64,000 nt of DNA from positions 133,054,001 through 133,118,000 of the forward strand of contig CM059431.1 in assembly GCA_030390025.1 (NCBI GenBank). The letters are read 5' to 3'. Positions 49,540-62,144 of the stretch are shown here, one piece after another. A model generated the notes under the pieces. It had not been told where the DNA came from and ran no database searches. It saw only the letters and a list, made by a program, of their open reading frames with translations. Position 1 is the stretch's first letter, and every line of letters begins with the position of its first letter. The DNA comes from Squalus acanthias. Taxonomy: Eukaryota. The position numbers were made by a program, and so were the translations under genes.

Positions 49540-50030
49540 CGTCTCTCTCTTCCCACTCCGATTCCCTTTGGATCCTCGATCTTCCCCCCACCGGCCACCA
49601 ACGGTTCCCCTGACCTCTGCACCGAGCCAATGAAAGCGTGGCCCAGCTGGGTACTGTGCACGCGTGGCTCCAGTATACCACGAGCCAGCACAGAAGGCTG
49701 AAAAGGCAAAGAATCAGAGCGTGGGGGATTCTCCCGGTGTCAGGTCAAAGTTCAAGGGAGAAAACCAAACCCCTCCCGGCGTTACACAGCAACCCATCGA
49801 CCATCGGAACACACAGTTCAAGAGCTGCAATTGCGCTCGGCGCTGAGGTCGCAAGACTCACAAACGAGTCTGTCTGGATCCCCGGGGCCATTGTGCATTG
49901 GACCCCTCCCCCGCTCCAGAACCTGTCCAGTTCTCTGCGCGGCATTTCAATTCAACTGCGTGCGAGCTCGGGATCAGTGCACGCGCGCACTCGCACCTTA
50001 GAGGGAACGGTGACCATGACGTGTCGTAAA
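49540..50030. promoter_or_regulatory. CpG-rich promoter/enhancer-like patch
   Basis: High CpG density, AGCCAATG (CCAAT 49627-49631), DR1 element AGGTCAAAGTTCA 49742-49754. Confidence 0.4.
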
Positions 50031-50329
50031 ATGATGGGACATGGGTTCATGCCAGTAGTTACCCACCCTAATGAATTCCTGATCTCTGAAAAGCTGCCAT
50101 TGAGATGTAGTGAGCAATGACTAACCCTATCCCGACAGAGAAGGAAATGACACCCTTACCATTGCCACACCTTCTAGTTTAAAAATGGAGTTGATGGAGG
50201 TTTGGACATTCATCGGTCATCTATTGTTATGGCCTCGGAAAGAGGGAGACAGCAGGAGATCTAATTAAGGAAAAACAGGAAATTAACTATAAAGAAAGCA
50301 TGATACTTACATAAAAACTATCCTTTAAA

Positions 50330-50900
50330 ATTTTTTAAAATCAATTATAATGTAATTATTTTTGGTAACTTGCTACAATCTGACAAAAATGAATTATAAT
50401 ATGATTAAAATCAACAATTAATTGCATTGTGATTGAATTGGTAATTGAAATGTTATTAAAATCAATAATTCGCTAGTGTGATGAAAAACGCTAATTTCAT
50501 TGAATAAAAATGATAAACATTGAAGTGTGGTTAATAAAATTAGTTTTAGTGTGATTAAAATCAATAATGTATGCAGTGATTAATGGAGTGTGAATAAAAA
50601 CAATAATTAATTACAGTGAATAAAAATTGTAGTTTGATTACTTGTTCACTGTAGTGTGATAACAGTAATTCACTGGATTGTGATCAAATATAATAATTCA
50701 CGGAGTGTGATAAAAGTGATAATTACAGTAAATAATAATAGTTGTAGTGTGATTAAAATTGATAATTCACTGGAGTATGATCATTAATTCTGGTGAATAC
50801 AAATGATGATTATTTGCAATTTGATTAAACTTGCTAATTCACTGCAGTGCCCTTTTAAAAACAATTCACTGCGTTGAACTACCATTCGGTGCGGTGCAGT
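50330..50900. repeat. Old degenerate AT-rich minisatellite (~30-bp unit GTGTGATTAAAATCAATAATTCACTGGA)
   Basis: Recurrent AGTGTGAT and TAATTCAC at roughly 30-bp spacing. Confidence 0.7.
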
Positions 50901-51367
50901 ATACTCGAACCTGTATTTCAGATTTACCAGCAATTCCGTTGGAGCACTGGTGTTATATACTTTTGAGAAAGTCTTTCTCAATTCTCTCGCGATTCTCAAT
51001 GATTATATGTAACTATTGATAATCTAAGTCTTAAATTGAAACCGGCAGTGTATATTTTATTGGAGTTTTACACAAAGTACCATTTATTTTATTTTAAAAC
51101 AAGGAGTTTATTTTTGTGTTCTACCAACTTCAAAAAAAACTGCCTGAGTAACGTGATTTAAAATCACTGAAAATGACTTAAAAAAACTATACTGAACTAT
51201 TTACAAGTTTCATTGGTATACACTAGTCAGTTTCTTATTAAATTAAATATTTATTGATAAGAAAACTCTTTGAAAACGTGCCTACTAGTGCCTGTGCGCC
51301 TAAGAAAATGAGGCAATTTGAAGAGTCTCGAACCAGCACAATCGGTAGAATCTTACAATTTTTACCT

Positions 51368-51566
51368 GGGGTAGTTTTGTGGCCAGGGCCTGATCCAAGC
51401 ACATTGAATGTTGAACCAGTGTAAAAGATCGTAGAAAACACGAGCGTAAGTGGTTTTGGGCGTAACTCACTTACGTTTAAAATTCCCCAATCTTTTCCAC
51501 TGGTTCGGCCAATTCTGCCCGGATTGCGCTGATATTATTGACGAAAACAAGCACAAACTCTACCCC
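51368..51566. mobile_element. Small MITE
   Basis: GGGGTAGTTTTGTG / CACAAACTCTACCCC terminal inverted repeat. Confidence 0.5.
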
Positions 51567-51992
51567 CAGATATTTAGCATTATTCACTTTCAAAGTAGAT
51601 TCCATTAATATTTCATGAAACATTCTTTTCTTCTTCTGTTTCGGTGTTCCCAGTAAATAAAATGGCCCGAGCCACTTTAACTCCAGTGACATACTTAAAT
51701 ATTCAAGCACTGTCTCCCGCCCAAAATGGGCAGGACAGATGTCAAAGCCGACAGACAGGAGTGGGAAATCACTCGGGATCCTTAAGACACCGGCACCCCA
51801 AGGGAATGGTCCTCGGCATAAAGTTAGTGCTGGGCAAGGGCTTTTGCAGCCAATGCCAGTGCCGAGAGGGATAGGTAAAGCTGGGGCTGAGAAGGTTCAA
51901 GGATTCTTCGCAGGGCCTGGGGGAACATTCCTGCTCCTCCTGGCCCACAACGAGTTCTCACAAAAGTTATTTTTAAAAACTAACCTTAGTTA

Positions 51993-54520
51993 GGAGTGCG
52001 GTACCATAGTGGTTATGCTACTGGACGAGTAATCCAGAAGCCTGGACTAATGATCTGGAGACATGAGTTCAAATCCCACCACGGCAGCTGTGGAATTTAA
52101 ATTCCTTTAATCCAATAAACTGGAATAAAAAGCTAGTATCAGTAATGGTGACCTTCAAACTACAGGATTGTCGTAACAACCCATCTGATTCACTAATTCC
52201 CTTTAAGGAAGGAAATCTGCCGTCCTTACCTGGTCTGGCCTATATGGAACTCCAGACCCACAGCAATGTGGTTGACTGTTAACTGCCCTCTGAAATGGCC
52301 TAGCAAGCCACTCAGTTTTACCAAACCGCTACAAAGAAGTATACTAAGAATAAAACCGGACGGACCACCCAGCATCGACAAAGGCACATCCAGCCCAGTC
52401 GACCCTGCAAAGTCCTCCTCACAAACATCTGGGGACTTGTGCCAAAATTGGGAGAGCTGTCCCACAGACTAGTCAAGCAACAGCTTGACATAGTCATACT
52501 CACAGAATCATACCTTCGAGCCAACGTCCCAGACTCCTACATCACCATCCCTGAGGCGGAACAGTGGTATACAGTTGGAATGGGGTGGCCCTGGGAGTCC
52601 TCAACATTGACTCCAGACCCCATGAAGTCTCATGGCTTCAGGTCAAACATGGGCCAGGAAACCTCTTGCTGATTACCACGTACCGCCCTCCCTCAGCTGA
52701 TGAAGCAATACTCCTCCATGTTCAACACCACTTGGAAGAAGCACTGAGGGTAGCAAGGGCACAGAACATAGTCTGGGTGGGGGACTTCAATGTCCATCAC
52801 CAAGAGTGGCTCAGTAGCACCACTATTGACCGAGCTGGCCGAGTCCTGAAGAACATAGCTGCCAGTCTGGACCTGTGGCAGCTGGTAAAAGAACCAGCAT
52901 GAGGGAAAAATCTACTTGACCTCGTTCTCACCAATCTACCTGTCACAAATGCATCAGTCCTTGACAGTATTGGTAGCAGTGACCACCGCACACAGTCATT
53001 GTGGAGACGAAGTCCCATCTTCACACTGAGGACACTCTCCATCATGTTGTGTGGCATTACCACTGTGCTAAATGGGATAGATTCAGAACAAATCTAGCAG
53101 CTCAAAACTGGGCATCCATGAGGCGCTGTGGGCGATCAGCAGCAGCAGAATTGTATTCCACCACAATCTGTAACCTCATGGCCCGGCATATCCCTCACTC
53201 TAACATTACCATCAAGCCTAGGAACCAACCCTGGTTCAATGAAGAGTGTAGAAAAGCATGCCAGGAGCAGCACCAAGCATACCTAAAAATGAGGTGCCAA
53301 CCTGGTGAAGCTACAACACAGGTCTATGTACATGCTAATGGAAACAGCATGCTATAAACAGAGCTAAGCAATCCCACAACCAATGGATCAGATCAAAGCT
53401 CTGCAGTCCTGCCACATCCAATAGTGACTGGTGGTGGACAATTAAACAACTAACAGGAGGAGGTGGCTCCATGAACATCCCCATCCTCAATGATGGTGGA
53501 GCCCAGCACGTGAGTGCAAAAGACAAGGCTGAAGCGTTCGCAACCATCTTCAACCAGAAGTGCCGAGTGGATGATCCATCTCGGCCTCCTCCGGAGATCC
53601 CCACCTTCACAGAAGCCGGTCTTCAGCCAATTCTATTCACTCCACGTGGTATCAAGAAACGGCTGAGCGCAAAGGCTATAGGCCCCAACAACATCCCGGC
53701 TGTCGTGCTGAAGACTTGTGCTCCAAAACTAGCCGTGCCTCTAGCCAAGCTGTTCCAGTACAGCTACAACACTGGCATCTACCCGACAATGTGGGAAACT
53801 GCCCAGGTATGTCCTGTCCACAAAAACCAGGACAAATTCAATCCAGCCAATTACTGCCCTATCAGTCTACTCTCAATCTTCAGCAAAGTGATGCAAGGTT
53901 TCATCAACAGTGCTATCAAGCGGCACTTACTCACCAATAACCTGCTCACCGATGCTCAGTTTGGGTTCTGCCAGAACCACTCGGCTCCAGACCTCATTAC
54001 AGCCTTAGTCCAAACATGGACAAAAAGAGCTAAATTCCAGAGGTGAGGTGACAGTGACTGCACTTGACATCAAGGCAGCATTAGACCGAGTGTGGCATCA
54101 AGGAGCCCTAGTAAAACTGAAGTCAATGGGAATCAGAGTGAAAACTCTCCACTAGCTGGACTCATACCGAGCACAAAGGAAGATGGTTGTGGTTGTTGGA
54201 GGCCAATCATCTCAGCCCCAGGACATCGCTGCAGGAGTTCCTCAGGGCAGTGGTTAGGCCCAACCATCTTCAGCTGCTTCACCAATGAGCTTCCCTCCAT
54301 CATAAGGTCAGAAGTGGTGATGTTTGCTGATGACTGCACAGTGTTCAGTTCGATTCGCAACTCCTCAGATAATGAAGGAGTCCGTGTCCGCATGCAGCAA
54401 GACCTAGACGACATTCAGGCTTGTGCTGAAAAGTGGCAAGTAACATTCTCGCCACACAAGAGCAATAAATGCTGGCCTTGCCAGCGACGCCCATATCCCA
54501 AGAACGAATAAAAAGAATAA
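51993..54520 (+). mobile_element. Second copy of the SINE-headed EN+RT LINE, with 3' internal deletion
   Basis: A box TACCATAGTGG, B box GAGTTCAAATCCC, same EN/RT motifs as 16977-20158. RT C-terminus joins directly to the tail at ~54460. Appears inserted in a MITE remnant (~51660-51990 and ~54520-54730). Confidence 0.9.
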
Positions 54521-56364
54521 CTCTTCTGAGCATGTTTTGGCTGTCGGGATCCACACGCCTCCTGACTCGACGTTAAAATCATGTTGATGCACTGGTGACA
54601 TCATTGGGTCACGACTTTTGAATTTAAAGTAGCGAGAGCATGGGCCATCTTGAAAGTTGGCAAAGGTGATTTGGCGCCGGGCGGGAATGGAGCCTCAGGT
54701 TGGTAAGTGGACTCGGCCGAATCTTAACTCCTCCCACGCACCATTCTCACTGGGTGAGGGAGATTGAAATAGAGGCCAAGATCTTTTCAAATTTTGTGTT
54801 AAAAGTAATAGTCATCAGCGTTAAAAAACTTAAATAAATACATTTCACAGTCCTTAAGTCAAATAAATGTGTAGAATGTGTTTCTGTGGATTGTCTGTCT
54901 ATTTCTGTAAATATTAAGGAAAATACCAACAGGGGCTTCTGTATAATACGTATGAAAGCTGCAATTGGAGGATTAACAGCAACTATATAAGATTGTTACT
55001 AGCCACTGATTTTAAGTATGCCTGGTGATTTGAGAGCACAACTTTAAATTAATCTTTTTATTAGAGAAGAAAATTGCTGACAGCCTGTTGCCTATAATTT
55101 CTTTAAGCCTAAGGCATCCCTGAGAAACTTAATTTTCGATGATTATTAACATCTCTTCAACAGACTGCATTTGTATCTTTGGCATGTCCCCGGATATCTC
55201 TGGTTTCATTCACAAACCTGCTCCAGTTCCTTATTTTATTTCAATCTTTAATATTCTCGCCACATTGTTTTTCTTAAACTGTGATCTCATTTTGCACACA
55301 CAGGTCAGATGCAGCACTTCTTATTTATCAGCATCCTGGGCTGTAGGTAATAATTTGCATGAATGCACCAAGCAGATACGTTTCCACAGACCTCCTAGGA
55401 CACAGGCTCAGGAAGGGCATGATACTATCTATTGGCCAAGCTTCAATGAGTAACAGTTTAGAGTGAAAGCATTTACAGACTGTTTTTAATACTCCTTCCT
55501 TTATTGCTGAAGAAGCCTTATAGTTTATGTCTGCACGGCTGCCTGACACTTGCTTGGCAGCCTAGCATTTCTTCCCAAGTAGCTACTGTTTCCAGATCTC
55601 AAATGGAGGCCACGTTATAGTGGTCTCTTCTCTTTCCTCACAACTATAAGAGACGGAGTGCTAGCAACAGATACTGTAAATAGAGAGTTGAAGATAGAGG
55701 CTTTGTCACACCTCCACATTTGAAGATAATTGGGGTCAAATATGTTTACAAATACTCGTACTTAACAAGGGATCTTTGCTCATTTACATATGCTGAGCGT
55801 ATTAATGTAATCTGCTTGGTGTTTCTCGTTAACTAAGCTCTTGTGAGATCTGCAGCTGGCACGTGGGCGAGCCTGCTAGCTTTTTCTAGCATAGTTGGCA
55901 AATTCAGGCAATAGCGAACAATTCTATACAATTCTTTTGAGGTGATCTATGAGCACAGCCTGTAGAGTAACTGATTCCTATATATAGGTGAAGAGGCACT
56001 GCTTGTATTCGCTTTCTTTTTTTCTATCTCACAGTTTCTGTTTATTACATTCTCTCTACAAGGGACAGTGTGCCAACTGAAATGGGTTGTTTTTCAAAGG
56101 AGTGAAGTGGGTGGAAGCAACTTTTATATTCTGCATTTGCTGAAACTTGGAAATATAAACTATTGGTAAGTAGATTGGAGTATATGGGCTCAAAACTCAT
56201 CAAGAGGTCACAAGTAATTACATGGCATCTTAACTGCTCGAGTTGTGGCCAAATGACCAGTTTGCATTTCTCTGATACCAGGTTTTTATTGCAAAAAAAG
56301 GGCTACAAGGACAAAATTGTGAGGACAAGGAATGCAGAGTAAATTATTCATTATTACTGACAAT

Positions 56365-57154
56365 GGCACGGATTTTGCTCTCAGCGGCGAAGGAACGGCT
56401 TTCACCGTTTACCTTGCCTACAGTTGCCCACAGACTGTTCGCGGGCTTGTCAGTGGAGATTTCGACTAATCCGGCGTCAGTTTCAATGTGGCGCCGTCTA
56501 CAGGGGATTTGTGGTGTCTGTGAGCAGGACAAGCAGTAGTGAGGCTCTCCAATCAGATTGAAGTATTCTCACTGAGACACGCAGACTACAAACCAGGAAG
56601 TAAGAAACAGGAAATAGAAATTACATTTAAATCATTACATAGGAAGCAAAATAAAGATTGGAACATACAGATGGGATTATGGGAGAGAGCTGAAAGAGAA
56701 AAACAGAAAAATAAAAAAACAACTTTTTAAATTTTAATTTAAAAAAAAATCTGCAGCATTAATTTTCTTCTGAAGGAATGAGACTTCATTCCCTCAGAAG
56801 AAAATTAATTTTTCAGGACCACAAGGTGGTTTAGCAGTAATTATCACTTACTATGCTGTTAAAAACTCTCATTACTCCTGAATGCACTAACCCTAACTCT
56901 TTCATCCATCTTTAGTGCGGGACTAGTGGGTAATTACCCCAAGTTCACGCCATTACAGTGATTTCAGTGCCAAGTCTATCGGTGAGGACTGCAGCAGTGC
57001 ACTCTGTGGAGGAGCAGGGTATCTGTGACAGCAACCTCTGGATTTCTGCGTTTAACTGCGCATGTGCGGACACCAGAAGTTGCTGTCAGATTTACCCTGT
57101 AATAACGGTGAGTGCTGATAGCCTCACCGTTATTATTACAGCAAAATCTGGGCT
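56365..57154. mobile_element. Harbinger-type MITE, family C
   Basis: AAT|GGCACGGATTTTGCT ... AGCAAAATCTGGGCT|ATT. Confidence 0.75.
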
Positions 57155-57254
57155 ATTATATTGTTCTTGTTTCACCATTCTACTTTATGTAGCACTTTTT
57201 ACTCTGGACATAACCAACTACAACGACAAATGAAACTCCAGATTCACTCTACAA

Positions 57255-58397
57255 TAAAAATTGCGAATGGAACTGAACACTGCAATTATCAGTGAACAAC
57301 CCCACTTCTGACCTTATGATGGAGGGAAGGTCATAGAATGATACACCAACAGAAGGAGGCCATTCAGCCCAACATACCTGTGAAAGAGCTATCCAATTAG
57401 TCATACTTCCTCACCCTTTCAGCCATAGCCGTGCTAATTTTTCCCCTTCAAGTATTTATCCAATTCCCTTTTGAATGTTACTATTGAATCTGCTTCTACC
57501 ACCCTTTCAGGCAGTGCATTCCAGATCATAAAAACTCGCTGCATAAAAAAGTTTCGCTCATCTCACCTCTGGTTCTTTTGTCAATTATCTTAAATCTCTG
57601 TGTCCTCTGGTTACTGACCCTTCTGCCACTGGAAACAGTTTCTCTTTAGTTACTCTATCAAAACCCTTTGTGATTTTGAGCACCTCTATTAAATCTCCCC
57701 TTAACCTTCCCTGCTCTAAAGAGAACAACCTCAGCTTCTCTAGCCTTTCCACGTAACTGAAGTCCCTCATCCCTGGTACCATTCTGGTAAATCTCCCCTG
57801 TACCCTCTTATTGATTAATCAGCTGAAGATAGTTGGGCCTAGGATGCTGCCCTGAGGAACTCCCACAGTGATGTCCTAGGGCTGCAATAATTGGCCTCCA
57901 ACAACCACAACCACCTTCCTTTGTGTTCAGTATGACTCCAGCCACTGGAGAGTTTTCCACTGATTCCCATTGATTTCAGCTTTGCTAGGGCTGCTTGGTT
58001 CTACACTCGGTTGAATGCTGCCTTGATGTCAAGGGCAGTCACTCCCACCTCACACCTCTGGAATTCAGCTCTTTTGTCCATGTTTGGACTAAGGCTGTAA
58101 TGAGATCTGGAACCTAATGGTCCTGACGGAACCCAAAGTGAGCATCAGTGAGCAGGTTATTGGTGAGTAAGTGTCACTTGATAGCACTGTCGATGACACC
58201 TTCAATCATTTTGCTGATGATTGAGAGTAGACTGATGGGGCAGTAATTGGCTGGATTGGATTTGTCCTGCTTTTTGTGGACGGGACATAGCTGGGCAATT
58301 TTCCACATGTAGGGCAGAAGCCAGTGTTGTTGCTGTAGTGGAACAGCTTGGCTAGAGGCACAGCTAGTTCTGGAGCATAGGTCTTCAGCACTACATC
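57255..58397 (-). mobile_element. RT fragment of the SINE-headed LINE family, split by CR1
   Basis: KTYAPELAVPLAKLF and NPANYCPISLLSIISKMIEG. Sequence GGAAGGTCAT|..|TTGATTAATCAGCTGAAG is continuous across the CR1 insertion. Confidence 0.85.
57331..57808 (-). mobile_element. CR1 LINE 3' fragment
   Basis: MVPGMRDFSYVERLEKLRLFSLEQGRLRGDLIE; GAAGGAGGCCATTCAGCCC terminal motif. Confidence 0.9.
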
Positions 58398-58589
58398 TGT
58401 AAACCTGTGTCCATATAACCTGGTCCCGCTTCCTTCCCTCTCTAACAATGATTGATTTGAATTCCAATTATTTATCATTAGAAAGGCAAGGGTATCCTAT
58501 TCCATGTCTCATGCAGCCAAATATGATCTTGCTTTACTCAACCCCAATTGATCCTTTCCCATGTGCTTCTGATTTTCCATTCTTCCCAG

Positions 58590-58779
58590 GCTCTCCCAGT
58601 TGCCTCCATTTGCAAAATGTAAGGTCAACCAATGTCACTCCGATTCCTTATTGCTCCTGATCCAAGCCCACCCAGCTGTCAGATATTTGAAGGCAGGGCT
58701 CTCCTATCCTCAGCAACACAATGACAAAGGCATCTTAGTTATTCTACTCTTGCTATCACCACAAAGAACACTCTGGGAG
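58590..58779 (+). other. Candidate internal exon (190 nt), product unknown
   Basis: TTTTCCATTCTTCCCAG| acceptor and GAG|GTAAGT donor; one frame open throughout; peptide not recognised. Confidence 0.2.
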
Positions 58780-59079
58780 GTAAGTCCCCACCAGCTAAAA
58801 ATAAAACAGGAAATAAATTGACCCACCAACTCCACCATACATATTATAGAAATTCGAACACAAAAGATTGAACTGAGGGTTTGTGGCAGTAGTAAATTTC
58901 CCAAGCTTTTTTGTGGTTTATAATGTCTTTTGAACTCTTTATTAATTAGTAGCCTTCATTCTCTTTTTAGAAAACAAGATCCTCCTATTGGGCCTCTCTC
59001 AGGGAGAGTGGCTCATGCTGGAATGGAGATTCAAGTGCAATTGCAGCTTTGAGCACCCCTTCTTCTATGTACATAAGCA

Positions 59080-59315
59080 GAGAGCATCAGCCGAACCTGA
59101 TCCTTATTCACCTGACATTGACATGCTTTTCAGCAAGTGTCACTGGATAGCAATCAAGAGCAGGGACAGTGGCTGAATTTCCCCCTCTTTAGCTCAGGGG
59201 TAGCAAGGTCAAATGAAGCATCCCAGTGCTCCAGCTCAGATCAGCTAACTCAGACAAAACAGGGATAAACTCGTCGACCTTCCTGGTCCGTATGGTGCAG
59301 TACCATGTCACACAG
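59080..59315 (-). mobile_element. Diverged copy of the 961-1385 SINE-like repeat
   Basis: Reverse complement aligns with ~1000-1220. Confidence 0.5.
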
Positions 59316-59499
59316 AAACACTAGGAACTTTAGTTTTAGTTTAACACCTTTATTTAATATTTTAGTTTTATATACAATATATATAATTCTATTCATTATG
59401 CATAAATATTTCTGGCAACTTGCCCAGGTTTTGGCACTATGTGAAGCTTGATATCAGTGGGGAGAAATTCTGACAGTTTCCGGAGCTGCTGAAACGTGG

Positions 59500-59915
59500 T
59501 CAAAATCCCACTCGATCATCACCCCTGTGCTCCCAGTCCACCAATGCCTCAAATTTAAAATTCTCATCTTTGTGTTCAAATCCCTCCAAGTCCTTGTCCC
59601 TTCTTATCTCTGTAATTTCATCCAGCCCTCCAGCCCTCCGAGAACTCTGCATTTCTCCAACTCTGGCCTCTTACACAACCCCGACTTCCTTTGCACCACC
59701 ATTAGCCACCATGCCTTCAGATGTGTAGGCCCTAAGCTCTGGAATTCATTCCCTAAACTTCTCTACTCCTCTCTCCTTCTTTAAAACCCTCCTTAAAACC
59801 TACCTTTCACACATCCAAATATCTCCTTCTTTGGCTCTGTCAATTTTTGTCTGATTGCACTCATATGAAACCCCCTGGGACATTTTCCTATGTTAAATGT
59901 GCTATATAAGTTGGT
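59500..59915 (+). mobile_element. L2 LINE 3' fragment
   Basis: LPVHQCLKFKILIFVFKSL..GPKLWNSFP; TGCTATATAAGTTG tail. Confidence 0.85.
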
Positions 59916-60814
59916 GTGAAGCACTGGAGGCCCTGGTTATATTATCTTATCTTCATCTTATCCCAGTACCAATGTTGCATCCCTCCACTTACTCCTTCTT
60001 ATGTACCTCCCCGCTTCTTTCTTGAATAAGTCAGCAGGTCTTAAATGCTTGATGGCACTTTTGATGATTTTTTTTGTTGTGTAAACTTTTGAGCTCATTA
60101 AGGGGAGTGGATGTCAGTTCTGGCAAATGTAACACTTTCTATTTCAGACGCCCAATGTCAACATCAAACACTCCCAGGTCACATCTAGCATGCTGAGTTA
60201 TACAGTTAAGACATGTTTACATTTTTATATTTAGCACTTCTGTAATCATGGGAGTGCCAAATCTTGATGATACACATGATTTACCAACTCTCTCATCCCA
60301 ATAGCTAAATCATAGATCTACCTTTTGCATGGGACTATGATTCTGCCACTGGGATAAGGGAGCCAGTTTTAGTCATGTAAACATGGGATGGTAGCATGTA
60401 CATATCACTCTCCAATTATCTAAACTACAGAAGCACTAAACATAAAGCACCTTGATGCTCCATTCATAGTACTCCAACATGTGCCTCAGTTCCCACCTCA
60501 AAAAAGCACCCTTTAGTGCACCAGTGTGACACTTCCATCCCCCCACCAGCCATCTGAGGGCTGTATTTTCTTCCATGTGTAAAGTTTCATGAACAAATAG
60601 ATGTGAATAAATCAATAATACTGGCAGTTAATGCTAATGTAGTTTTCTTGTGTTATTTACTTTATTCACTATCTTTCTCTCATGCTAAAATATGCTTGTG
60701 AAAGCCCACAAAAATAAATTGCTATTAAATCCTTGATATAGGCCATTCTAAACAAAGTCAAGCAGTTTTCCTTATGGTGAAATAAATAAGAAGATTTATT
60801 TAACCATCTTTTCC

Positions 60815-61494
60815 AAATGAATGCAGGGCAAGTTGATAAGACAGTTAAGAAAGTGTATGGTATATTTAGCTTTGTAAATAGGGACATTGAAAACAAAAAT
60901 AAGAACGTCATGCTCAACCTTTACAAATCACTGGTTAGGCCTCAGCTGGAGTATTGTGTCCAATTCTGGGCACCACACTTGAGGAAGGATGTCAAGGCCT
61001 TGGAGAAGGTACAGAGGAGTTTTACCAGGATGATACCAGGGATGAGGCAGTTCAGTTATGTGGAGAGATTGGAGAAGCTGGGATTGTTCTCCTTAGAGCA
61101 GAGAAGGTTAAGCAGAGACCTGATAGAGGTATTCAAAATTATGAGGTGTTTTGATAGAGCAAGTAGGGAGAAACTGTTTCCTCTGGCAAGTGGGTTGGTA
61201 ATCAGTGGTCACAGATTTAAAATAATTGGCAAAAGAACTAGAGGGGAAATGAGGAGAATTTGTTTTCACACAGAGGGTTGTTATGAGCTGCAATGCATTA
61301 CCTGAAAGGGTGGTAGAATCAGATTCCATTCGAACTTTCAAAAGGCAATTGGACATGTACTTGAAGAGGACTAATTAGCAGGGTTATGGGGAAAAAGATG
61401 GTGTGTGGGACTGAATTGGACAGCTCCTTCAAAGAACAGACACAGGCACGATGGGCCGAATGGCCCCCTTCAGTGCTGTAAGATTCTATGATTC
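60815..61494 (+). mobile_element. CR1 LINE 3' fragment
   Basis: LYKSLVRPQLEYCVQFWAP, RLEKLGLFSLEQRRL; GGGCCGAATGGCC plus ATTCTATG tail. Confidence 0.92.
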
Positions 61495-61640
61495 ACCAGA
61501 GCATGAATAATATAACCTTGGACACTAGTACTCCACGATTCTGCAACAGAAAACATTGCAAAATTTCTCCGCTGCTGTTTTTTCCCTGTTTTCTTTCCCC
61601 AAACAATTTTTCCAGTGGAGCCAATGTCTGGTGAAACACT

Positions 61641-61786
61641 TGAGAGGTCGCACAACACCAGGTTATAGTCCAACAGTTTTATTTGAATTCAAATTTGATT
61701 TCAAATAAAACTGTTGGACTATAACCTGGTGTTGTGCGACCTCTCAATTTTGTCCACCCCAGTCCAACACCGGCATCTCCACATCA
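61641..61786 (+). mobile_element. Short Penelope-like insertion with inverted 5' segment and 12-bp TSD
   Basis: Perfect 47-bp inverted repeat (61641-61687 / 61700-61746); TGGTGAAACACT duplicated at 61629-61640 and 61787-61798. Confidence 0.8.
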
Positions 61787-62144
61787 TGGTGAAACACTAC
61801 CAGGGGTGTCCAAATGGTGTCAAGTGACACCAATCTTCTACCCCTATGTAGTTCACAGTTTCTACACTTAACCTGTAATCCCACTGATCTCAGCTCTTTA
61901 GCCAACTAGTTTTGCAGAAACTTTGACTCTGATAATTATTGGAGCCAGGCTGAGAGCGGGAGTGGGAGGGATGGGGGAAGAGGTGGATTTTCGGATGGGA
62001 AACGCGGAAGTAAGGGAGTCTCGCAATTCCTGACTTTAACATTTTTTCATCAGGTTTCCTGCCCAATAGCCAGCCAGATTTACAGGCTGTCCTTTGGTCA
62101 GGCTAGAAAGCAGCCGGGGAGCAGATGTCATGTAAGTCTGACAT

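Noticed and set aside
49998..50012. TTAGAGGGAACGGTG resembling a hAT-type terminal repeat
   Set aside because: No partner TIR or 8-bp TSD found by eye.
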